Positions 56,268 through 64,000 of a stretch of DNA of 64,000 bases are shown in pieces. The position numbers were made by a program, and so were the translations under genes. Origin of the DNA: Alphaproteobacteria bacterium (lineage in GTDB: Bacteria > Pseudomonadota > Alphaproteobacteria > Bin95); the NCBI GenBank assembly GCA_963665325.3, contig CAXXWS020000003.1:224001-288000 (forward strand), read 5' to 3'. Position 1 is the stretch's first letter. Each line of letters begins with the position of its first letter. The notes beneath the pieces were generated by a model. The model made no database searches and was not told the DNA's origin. It was given only the letters and a program-made list of their open reading frames with translations.

Positions 56268-58652
56268 ATGCCCGACGGTATGTCTGGACAGGAGAGGTTT
56301 GAGAACGGGAGCAGCGTGCTCAAGAATGTCGTCTGCACAAGCTGCGACGGGTTCTGCCCGGTCGCGGCCAAGGTAGAGGACGGGCGCGTGGTCAAGGTCA
56401 CGACGCGCGATCACCCGATCCTGAAGGACGTGCTCTGCATGAAGGGCGCCTATGCGCCGAAGCATTTTGCGCATCCCGACCGCATCCTCTATCCGCTGAA
56501 ACGCGTGGGCGCGCGCGGCGACGGCCAGTGGCAGCAGGTGACCTGGGACGAGGCGATGGACGACATCGCCGAGCGCCTCCAGGCGGTGATCGACCGCTAC
56601 GGGCCGGAAGCCTTCGCGGTCGGCCAGAGCGGCGCGACCGGCCTTTCCGACCACGGCCTCAGCCGGCGTTTCATGAATCATCTCGGCTCGCCCAACTGGA
56701 TCAGCGGCGTGGCCTATTGCGCCGGCAACACGGCGGCGGTGAACCGCTATGTCTATGGCTGGTTCCCGCGCGGCGACATCCTGAATTCCAAGTGCATCGT
56801 GCTGCTCGGCCACGACCCGCGCCGGCACAGCTGGACGATGGAATACAAGGCAATCCGCATGGCGCAGGCCGCGGGCGCCAAGCTCATCGTGGCCGATCCG
56901 CGCCGCAGCGGGAACGCCGAGCGCGCCGACATCTGGCTGCCGCTCCGCGCCGGCACCGACGCGGCCCTGCTGCTTGGCTGGCTCCGGGTCATCGTCGATG
57001 AGGAGCTCTACGACAAGGAGTTCGTACGCGACTGGACGGTCGGCTTCGACAAGCTGGTCGAGCGCCTCCGGGAATACCCCGTCGAGCGCGTCGCGGAGAT
57101 CACCGGCCTCACAGAAGAGCAGATCCGCGACTCGGCCCGGATGTATGCGACGACGAGTCCCGCCTGCATCCCCTGGTCGCCGATCACCGACCAGCAGGTG
57201 TCCAGCACCTCGGCGATCCGGCTGCAGGCCATGCTGCGGGCGCTCACCGGCAATGTCGATGTCAAGGGCGGCGATGTGTTCATCGGCCCGAGCCCGGTCA
57301 TGCGCTCCGACTCCGAGATCGAGATGGTGCACCTGCTGTCCGAGGAGCAGAAGGCCAAGCAGCTCGGCGCGGACCGGCACCCGGTCTTCACCTTCCGCGG
57401 CATGAAGGCCTTCGAGGACGCCACCGAGCGCGTCTGGGGCCAGCGCTACGTCAATCTCGTCAACGGCTGCTACATGGCCAACCCCATGGCGGTGTTCAAG
57501 GCCATGGAGGACAGCGACCCCTACCCGGTCAGGGCCTTCTTCATGATGGCCAACAACGCGCTGATGGCCTACGCCAACGCCGACCGGGTGTACCGGGCGA
57601 TGATGAAGCAGGACCTGCTCGTCTCCTTCGAGCACAACATGACGCCGAGCGCGCAGATCTCGGACTACATACTGCCGGGCGATTCCTGGCTGGAGCGGCC
57701 CTCCATGCAGGCCGGCATCAGCGAACAGTCGATGGAGCCGCCGGGCGAGTGCCGCAATGTCACCTATTTCTGGCACATGCTCGCCAAGCGCATGGGGCTC
57801 GGCGACGCCTTCCCCTGGACGAACCAGGAGGACTTCATCAACTACCGGCTGGAGCCAGGCGGGGCGACCTGGAACGACGTCGTCGCGAGCGGGCGGCCGC
57901 CCAACCTGCATAAAGGCCAGGCGCCCGATCCCGAGGAGAAGCAGTATCTCAGGAACGGCTTCGCCACGCCGTCCGGCAAGGTGGAGTTCTATTCCGAGGT
58001 GCTCGAAAATCTCGGCTTCGATCCGCTGCCCTATTACCGCGAGGCGGCGGAACCCTCAGAGCGCTTCCCGATGGCGTTGTTCATAGGCTGGCCCGAGGAC
58101 GAGTATTTCCGCTCCGGCCACCGCCATATCCCGGAGCTTCGCCGGCGCGCGGCGGATCCGATGTTCATGATCGCACCTGCGGACATGGAGCGGCTCGGCT
58201 TCGAGGAAGGCGCCTGGGCCCGGCTCGAGACCTCGACCGGGGCCATGGTGGCCCGCGTCTATGGGCGCTCCTCCATGCCGAAGGGCCTGGTGCGGGTGCC
58301 GCATGGCTGGTGGAAGCCGGAATCGCGGCCGGGGCTGGAGAACATGTCCGGCATGTGGGCCTTCAATGACGGGCAGGTGACGCCCGACGACGAGGAGGCG
58401 CTGATCGACCGCGAACAGGGCATCCCGCACATGAAGGGCATGCCGTGCTCGCTGGTCGCGCTGACGGCGGACGAGGTGGCGGCGCTCGAGGCCGAATTCG
58501 GCCCGACCAACGAACTGCCGCGCGGCCCGGAAGGCAAGGTGCTGCAGTCCACCTCCAAGCCCGACGATTTCATGTTCGACGACATCACCGGCGACGGCGT
58601 GGAGTTCGAGGCGATATCCCTCTCCATCTACGGCCGCACCTCGGCGATGTAA
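56268..58652 (+). CDS. Mo/W-bis-PGD enzyme, acetylene hydratase-like
   Basis: CTSCDGFC..CMKG, RRFMNHLGSPNW..YCAGNT, GFATPSGKVE; GGAGG RBS. Confidence 0.85.
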   Translation: MPDGMSGQERFENGSSVLKNVVCTSCDGFCPVAAKVEDGRVVKVTTRDHPILKDVLCMKGAYAPKHFAHPDRILYPLKRVGARGDGQWQQVTWDEAMDDIAERLQAVIDRYGPEAFAVGQSGATGLSDHGLSRRFMNHLGSPNWISGVAYCAGNTAAVNRYVYGWFPRGDILNSKCIVLLGHDPRRHSWTMEYKAIRMAQAAGAKLIVADPRRSGNAERADIWLPLRAGTDAALLLGWLRVIVDEELYDKEFVRDWTVGFDKLVERLREYPVERVAEITGLTEEQIRDSARMYATTSPACIPWSPITDQQVSSTSAIRLQAMLRALTGNVDVKGGDVFIGPSPVMRSDSEIEMVHLLSEEQKAKQLGADRHPVFTFRGMKAFEDATERVWGQRYVNLVNGCYMANPMAVFKAMEDSDPYPVRAFFMMANNALMAYANADRVYRAMMKQDLLVSFEHNMTPSAQISDYILPGDSWLERPSMQAGISEQSMEPPGECRNVTYFWHMLAKRMGLGDAFPWTNQEDFINYRLEPGGATWNDVVASGRPPNLHKGQAPDPEEKQYLRNGFATPSGKVEFYSEVLENLGFDPLPYYREAAEPSERFPMALFIGWPEDEYFRSGHRHIPELRRRAADPMFMIAPADMERLGFEEGAWARLETSTGAMVARVYGRSSMPKGLVRVPHGWWKPESRPGLENMSGMWAFNDGQVTPDDEEALIDREQGIPHMKGMPCSLVALTADEVAALEAEFGPTNELPRGPEGKVLQSTSKPDDFMFDDITGDGVEFEAISLSIYGRTSAM

Positions 58653-58661
58653 CGCAAGGCA

Positions 58662-58700
58662 CCGCCCCCTTCCCCGGCTCCGGCCGGCGGGAAGGGGCGG
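58662..58700. terminator. GC-rich hairpin after the Mo/W enzyme gene
   Basis: CCGCCCCCTTCCC..GGGAAGGGGCGG; no U-tract. Confidence 0.35.
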
Positions 58701-58739
58701 CGGTTCCACCTGCAGCGGAAATGCTGTAGGGGACGGCGC

Positions 58740-59615
58740 ATGTCTCTTCGGGGGGATGCGCCGTTGTCTTATGAGACGCTGACAGCCGGGGTCGAGGACG
58801 GCCTGCTGACGCTGACGCTCAACCGGCCGGACCGGCTGAACGCCGTCAATGCGGCCATGATCGGCGAATATATTGACGCGCTGGACGCGGCCGACCGCGA
58901 CGACGGCGTGCGCGCAGTCATCGTCACCGGCGCAGGCCGCGCCTTCTGCGCCGGCGCGGACCTCTCGGGCGGGCCGGGCACCTTCGACCGCACCGCGCCG
59001 GAGCCGGGCGCGCGCCACCGCGACGGCGGCGGCCTGGTGGCGCTCCGGCTGTTCGACATGAAGAAGCCGGTGATCGCGGCAGTGAACGGCCCGGCAGTCG
59101 GCTTCGGCGCGACCCAGATCCTGCCGATGGACATGCGCCTCGCCTCCACGGAAGCCCGTTTCGGCTTCGTCTTCTCCCGGCGCGGGGTGGTGATGGAAGC
59201 AGCGTCCTCCTGGTTCCTGCCACGCCTGGTGGGCATGCAGCGGGCGATGGAGTGGGTGGCGACGGGCCGCATCTTCTCCGCCGAGGAAGCGCTCGAAGGC
59301 GGGCTGGTGCGCTCGCTGCACGCGCCGGAGGAGCTGTTGCCGGCGGCGCGCGCGCTCGGCCGCGAGATCGCGGACAACGCCTCGCCGATGTCGGTCGCAC
59401 TCTGCCGGCAGATGATGTGGAAGATGCTGGGCGAGGACCACCCGATGGCCGCGCACCGGATCGACTCCCTCGGCATGGCCTACACCGGCGCCTCGGCGGA
59501 TGCGCGCGAGGGCGTCGCCTCCTTCCTGGAGAAGCGCCCGCCCGCCTTCGGCTCCACGCCCGGCAAGGCGATGCCGGCCTTCTACCCCTGGTGGGACGAG
59601 CCCCGCCACGGCTGA
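58740..59615 (+). CDS. Enoyl-CoA hydratase/crotonase family
   Basis: LNRPDRLNA, AFCAGADL, AAVNGPAVG. Confidence 0.9.
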   Translation: MSLRGDAPLSYETLTAGVEDGLLTLTLNRPDRLNAVNAAMIGEYIDALDAADRDDGVRAVIVTGAGRAFCAGADLSGGPGTFDRTAPEPGARHRDGGGLVALRLFDMKKPVIAAVNGPAVGFGATQILPMDMRLASTEARFGFVFSRRGVVMEAASSWFLPRLVGMQRAMEWVATGRIFSAEEALEGGLVRSLHAPEELLPAARALGREIADNASPMSVALCRQMMWKMLGEDHPMAAHRIDSLGMAYTGASADAREGVASFLEKRPPAFGSTPGKAMPAFYPWWDEPRHG

Positions 59616-59655
59616 GGTACGGGGCCCGCCCCGAATCCCGCGCCCGGAGAGCATC

Positions 59656-61167
59656 ATGGCCCGCGACCTGCCGAACATCCTGCTGATCCAGGCCGACCAG
59701 CTCAAACCGCAGGTGCTGCCCGGCTATGGCGGCCCGGCGGCGACGCCGCATATCGAGCGGCTGTGCGGGGAAGGCGTGGTGTTCGAGAACGCCTATTGCA
59801 ACTTCCCGCTCTGCGCGCCGTCGCGATTCTCGATGCTGGCCGGAATGCTGCCGTCGCGAGTGCGGGCCTTCGACAACGCCGCGGAATTCGCTGCCGCCAC
59901 GCCCACCATGGCGCACTATCTGCGGCTCGCCGGTTACCGCACGGCGCTCGCCGGCAAGCAGCATTTCGTCGGGCCGGACATGCTGCACGGCTTCCACGAA
60001 CGCCTCCTGCCGGAGCTCTATCCGACCGACTTCCACTGGACGCCGGACTGGGACGAGACCCGCATGGAGTCGAACAACGATTCGAGCGGCGTCATCAAGT
60101 CCGGCATTTGCACGCACAGCATGCAGATGGACCATGACGAGGCGGTGCTCTCCCGGGCGGCGGCGTGGCTGCTGGACGTTTCGGACCGGCAGCCCTTCTT
60201 CCTGGCGGTCTCCTTCACCCATCCCCACGAGCCCTATTTCGCGCGCCGCGAACACTGGGAGCGTTACCGCCACGAGGACATCCCGATGCCGGCGACGTCG
60301 CTGCTGCCCGAGTCCGAGCGCGACCTCCACAGCCGGCGCATGCTCGCCCATCACGGCCTGCTCGAAGGGGACATTACGGACGCGCACGTGCGGACTGCCC
60401 GCCATGCTTACCTCGCCAATTGCTCCTGGCTAGACGACATGGTCGGGACGCTGCTGAAGTCCTTGGAGGCGACCGGCGCCTCGGACAACACGGTCGTCCT
60501 CTTCACCTCGGACCATGGCGACATGCTCGGAGAGCGGGGCCTCTGGTTCAAGAAGCACTTCTTCGACCACGCGGCGCGGGTGCCGCTCATCCTCCACGCG
60601 CCCCGGCGGTTCCCCGCCGCGCGCCGGCCGGAACCCGTCTCGCTGGTGGACCTGCTGCCGACGCTTTGCGGCCTGGCGGAGATCGACCTCGCGGAACGCG
60701 CCCCCCGCCCGCCCGACGGCGCCAGCCTGTTGCCGCTCTGCGAGGGTGCGGCCGAGAGCGGGGAGAGGCCGGTATTCGCGGAGATGACTTCCGAGGGAGT
60801 GCCCTCGCCGATGTTCATGGTCCGCCACGGCCGCTTCAAGCTCATGACCGGGGGCGGCGCGCCCGACCTCCTCTTCGACCTTGAGGCCGACCCCGAAGAA
60901 CGGAACGATCTCGCCGCCGATCCGGACAGCGCGGAGTTGCTCGCCGCGCTTCGCCGCCTCACGGAAGAGACCTGGGACGCGGCGGCGCTGGAGGCGGAGG
61001 TCTGCGCCAGCCAGCGCGAGCGCCGACTGGTCCAGGCCGCGCACGGAAACGGCCCCGCGCCGGTGTGGGATGCGCTCGAAACCGATCCCGTGCGCGCGTC
61101 CTGCCTGCGCGCGCCCGACGACTACAATGACTGGGCGTGGCGCGGAATCGAGCCCTCGGCTCCCTGA
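59656..61167 (+). CDS. betC: Choline-sulfatase-like sulfatase
   Basis: CAPSR, GKQHFVGPD, SFTHPHEPY, SDHGDMLGERGLW. Confidence 0.85.
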   Translation: MARDLPNILLIQADQLKPQVLPGYGGPAATPHIERLCGEGVVFENAYCNFPLCAPSRFSMLAGMLPSRVRAFDNAAEFAAATPTMAHYLRLAGYRTALAGKQHFVGPDMLHGFHERLLPELYPTDFHWTPDWDETRMESNNDSSGVIKSGICTHSMQMDHDEAVLSRAAAWLLDVSDRQPFFLAVSFTHPHEPYFARREHWERYRHEDIPMPATSLLPESERDLHSRRMLAHHGLLEGDITDAHVRTARHAYLANCSWLDDMVGTLLKSLEATGASDNTVVLFTSDHGDMLGERGLWFKKHFFDHAARVPLILHAPRRFPAARRPEPVSLVDLLPTLCGLAEIDLAERAPRPPDGASLLPLCEGAAESGERPVFAEMTSEGVPSPMFMVRHGRFKLMTGGGAPDLLFDLEADPEERNDLAADPDSAELLAALRRLTEETWDAAALEAEVCASQRERRLVQAAHGNGPAPVWDALETDPVRASCLRAPDDYNDWAWRGIEPSAP

Positions 61168-61179
61168 GCGTTTCGACCC

Positions 61180-62025
61180 TTACGCCTCCGCGAATTCGAG
61201 CGGTATGCCGCAGGCGTCGGCAGGAGCGATGCGAATGCAGCCGGGCGCCTCGGAGGCGGGTGCAATGCCCCCCCGGCGGAGCGCCTCTTTCGCAGCCTCG
61301 ACGGAGGCGACCTCGATCCTGAGCCCCAGATAGAAGGGCCGCGCGGGCAGCGGGTCGGGCAGCGGCCCGTAGGGGCCGGCGCTGTCTGCCGCATCTGCCG
61401 GTGTCGCCAGATAGACATGGCCCCGCCCGATATCGAGCGCGCCGCCTGCCGCCGGGCGGCCGAGCAGCCGCGCCCAAGGCCCGGCTACTGCCTCAACATC
61501 GTCCACGACGGCGGCGGCGGCGGCGAGATTGCGCGCGCCGTTCCCGTGGTTCATCGAGCCTGCCGGGCGCATCAGCTCGGGCGTCTTGTGGCCGCAGAGG
61601 AAAGTGCCGAGGTTCCCCGTCTCCGCCTCCGGGATCTGGAGGTTGCGGAACCGCACGATGGCGTCGGGCCGGTCGGTCAGCGGCCGGGCGAGGTCGTCCG
61701 GCCCGGTCGGTGAGAAGCCCTCAGCCTCGATGTCGGCGCGGGCGGCGTCGGCGTCCGGCGTGCCGAGCGCGATCTTCACCAGCCCCTCGCCGCGCGCCTC
61801 CAGGAATTCGCCGAGCCCGAGCGTGTCGCGGTGTTCGGGCTCGTTGATGCCGAGCAGCTCCAGATAGCTGTCGGCGAACATGATGCAGTGGTTCGCCGTC
61901 GCCTTGCCGACATGGTTGCCGAGCGGGGCTGCGGTGAAGCCGAGGCGCTCGAACTGCGCACGCGCGGCGTCGAGGTCGCGGACGCCGATAATTGCATGGT
62001 CGATCCCCCGGATCGCATCGGTCAT
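61180..62025 (-). CDS. VOC (Glyoxalase_3-like) protein
   Basis: IDHAII.VRDL..LGF..TANH..YLEL; HGNGA. Confidence 0.8.
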   Translation of the reverse strand: MTDAIRGIDHAIIGVRDLDAARAQFERLGFTAAPLGNHVGKATANHCIMFADSYLELLGINEPEHRDTLGLGEFLEARGEGLVKIALGTPDADAARADIEAEGFSPTGPDDLARPLTDRPDAIVRFRNLQIPEAETGNLGTFLCGHKTPELMRPAGSMNHGNGARNLAAAAAVVDDVEAVAGPWARLLGRPAAGGALDIGRGHVYLATPADAADSAGPYGPLPDPLPARPFYLGLRIEVASVEAAKEALRRGGIAPASEAPGCIRIAPADACGIPLEFAEA

Positions 62026-62048
62026 TGGGCTGGTCTCCTTGGTTCGGA

Positions 62049-64000
62049 TTAGCGCATGGCGGCGGCGATATTGCCGCCGTCCACGGTGAGCACGGCGCCC
62101 GTGGTCTTGCGCGCACGGGCGAGATCGACGAAGGCGCGGGCGACATCCTCCGCCAGCACCTCGCGGCCGAGCAGGTTGCCGCGCATATAGTCCGCCTCGC
62201 TGACGCCGCGCGCCCAGGCCCTGGACGCTACCATCGCATCGTCCAGCAGGCCGCTGCGGATGCGGTCGGCATTGACGGCGTTGGCGGCGATACCGTCGCG
62301 CCCGTAGTCGATGGCGTATTGGCGCATGAGGGCAAGCGTCGCGGCCTTGGGCAGGCCGTAGGGGCCGAAATCGGGGCCGGGATTCACCGCCTGCTTCGAG
62401 ACATTGAACAGCAGGCTGCCGCCCGTGCCCTGCGCCTGCATGATCCGCACTGCTGCCTGGGCGGCGGTCTGGTGGGCGAAGAAGTTGAGCTCGAAGCTCC
62501 GGCGCAGCACGGCGTCCTCGACCTCGCCGATGCGCCCCTGCCAGGCGGCGCCCGCATTCGAAACGAGGATATCGACGCCGCCGTGGCGTCGGCAGACATC
62601 GGCGAAAGCCGCCTCGACCGCTTCCGGTCGCGTCACGTCGCATTCGAGGACGCCCGGCCCGGCCTCCAGGTCGAGGCCGACCGGCTCGGCGCCCTCGGCG
62701 CGGAAGGCCGCCATGATGGCCTGCCCGATGGCACCGGCCGCGCCGGTGACGACCGCGACCTGGCCCGCGAGCGGCGGGGGCGTAGCCCTGCCGAGCTTCG
62801 CCTGTTCGAGCGGCCAGTATTCGATGTCGAACAGGTCGTCCTCGCCGATGCTCGTAAACCGCCCGATGCGCTCGGCGTTGGCAATGACCTCAATGGCAGC
62901 CTCGGCGATATCGGCGGCGATGGCCGCCGCCTTCGCGTCCCCGCCCGCCGCGAAGAGGCCGACGCCCGGCGCGAGCAGCACGCGCGGGGCGGGGTCCAGC
63001 GCAGTGCGGCTGTAGTCTGCCCGCGCATTGCCGCGCTCGAAATAGGCCCGGTAGTCGGCCTCGAACCGCCCGATCGCCGCTTCGGCCCCGCGCGCGAACT
63101 CGTCTGGCGCGTCCGCCTGCGCCGGCGGCAGCAACACGGGCCAGGACTTCACCCGGAGCGAATGGTCGGGCGTGACGGTGCCGGCGAGCCCGTAACGGGA
63201 GACCTCCACACCGTCCACGAAACGGCGAATATGCGCCCCGCCCCGGAAAGTGAGTACGAAGCGCTTCGTGTCGCCGCCGGGCTTCCCGGCCGAACGCGAG
63301 AGCAGGCCGCGCAGCAGCGGCGCGATCTCCTCCGGTTCGGCGGACCGGGCCGGCAGCGCGGTGCTCGCGAAGACCTTGCCCGGGGCCTTCGCCAGGTGCG
63401 CTTCGGCGCGGTCGGCGAGCCGGATCATGCGCTCATAGGCCTCGCGCGCCGTCTCACCGAAGGTAAAGGCACCGTGGTTCAGCAGGATCATCGCCTCGCA
63501 GTCGGGGGTCTCCTCGAACAGTTCCGCCGCTCTCCGGGCGAGCGCAAAGCCCGGCATGATGTAAGGCACCAGCACGACCTTCTCGCCGAAGACCTCCCGG
63601 CAGAGCGCCGCCCCGTCCGGCTGGTCGGTCAGCGCCAGCACGGCGTTGGCATGGGTGTGGTCGATATAGCGGTGCGGCAGGAAGGCGTGCAGCAGGGTCT
63701 CGACCGAGGGCGTCGGCGCCGAGGGGTCGAGCAGGTTTGCACGGTGCGCGGCCACCATGTCCTCGTCGGAGAGCACGTCCCGCTGCCGGAGCCGCCTCAG
63801 CGGCTCCAGCCGGACCGCCGGCAGGCCCGCCGGCTCGATCCGGCCCATGTCCCAGCCCGAACCCTTGACGCAAAGCACCTCCACCTCGTCGCCGGCGAGG
63901 TCGGTCATGCGCGTCTTCAGCGACGTGTTGCCGCCGCCGTGCAGCACCAGGCGCGGCTCGCCGCCGAGCAGCCGCGTCGTATAGACCCGGACCGCCAGGT
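62049..64000 (-). CDS. Bifunctional class II aldolase/SDR (RhaD-like); 5' end outside the window
   Basis: HGGGNTS, VKGSG, PSVETLLH, DHTH, EYWPLEQAK, TGAAGAIG, SNAG. Confidence 0.9.
   Translation of the reverse strand, partial: LAVRVYTTRLLGGEPRLVLHGGGNTSLKTRMTDLAGDEVEVLCVKGSGWDMGRIEPAGLPAVRLEPLRRLRQRDVLSDEDMVAAHRANLLDPSAPTPSVETLLHAFLPHRYIDHTHANAVLALTDQPDGAALCREVFGEKVVLVPYIMPGFALARRAAELFEETPDCEAMILLNHGAFTFGETAREAYERMIRLADRAEAHLAKAPGKVFASTALPARSAEPEEIAPLLRGLLSRSAGKPGGDTKRFVLTFRGGAHIRRFVDGVEVSRYGLAGTVTPDHSLRVKSWPVLLPPAQADAPDEFARGAEAAIGRFEADYRAYFERGNARADYSRTALDPAPRVLLAPGVGLFAAGGDAKAAAIAADIAEAAIEVIANAERIGRFTSIGEDDLFDIEYWPLEQAKLGRATPPPLAGQVAVVTGAAGAIGQAIMAAFRAEGAEPVGLDLEAGPGVLECDVTRPEAVEAAFADVCRRHGGVDILVSNAGAAWQGRIGEVEDAVLRRSFELNFFAHQTAAQAAVRIMQAQGTGGSLLFNVSKQAVNPGPDFGPYGLPKAATLALMRQYAIDYGRDGIAANAVNADRIRSGLLDDAMVASRAWARGVSEADYMRGNLLGREVLAEDVARAFVDLARARKTTGAVLTVDGGNIAAAMR

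Overview
High-GC (roughly 70%) alphaproteobacterial chromosome segment, Rhodospirillales-like (gcrA, hemW-rdgB-rph/hrcA-grpE, dnaN-recF-gyrB). The Calx-beta adhesin, PhyH, LLM, sulfatase and reductive dehalogenase genes suggest a marine or sponge-associated lifestyle; this is inference. Housekeeping blocks alternate with catabolic genes and small accessory islands. Highlights: (1) a ~0.55-0.65 kb element present twice (~19.06-19.68 kb and ~54.75-55.28 kb) with a shared layout: sigma70-like promoter, conserved GC-rich leader, unrelated small ORF, then five CATGACA heptamers at identical offsets 0/10/31/41/51; (2) a low-GC Sir2-STAND-TPR (Avs5-like) defence gene split by an 837-bp IS5-family element whose precise removal restores a 1043-aa frame; (3) a toxin-antitoxin/nuclease cluster with intact higBA, vapC and DUF1778/GNAT remnants and a wH-HNH gene carrying one in-frame amber codon; (4) an acetylene-hydratase-like Mo/W enzyme keeping the catalytic Asp; (5) a catabolic-type reductive dehalogenase; (6) an orphan Csx19-like gene just downstream of a tRNA(CAU); (7) a 60-aa precursor predicted to release CLLPGIPC; (8) a 110-bp low-GC patch inside dnaN. 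All family calls come from motif recognition by eye, not database searches.
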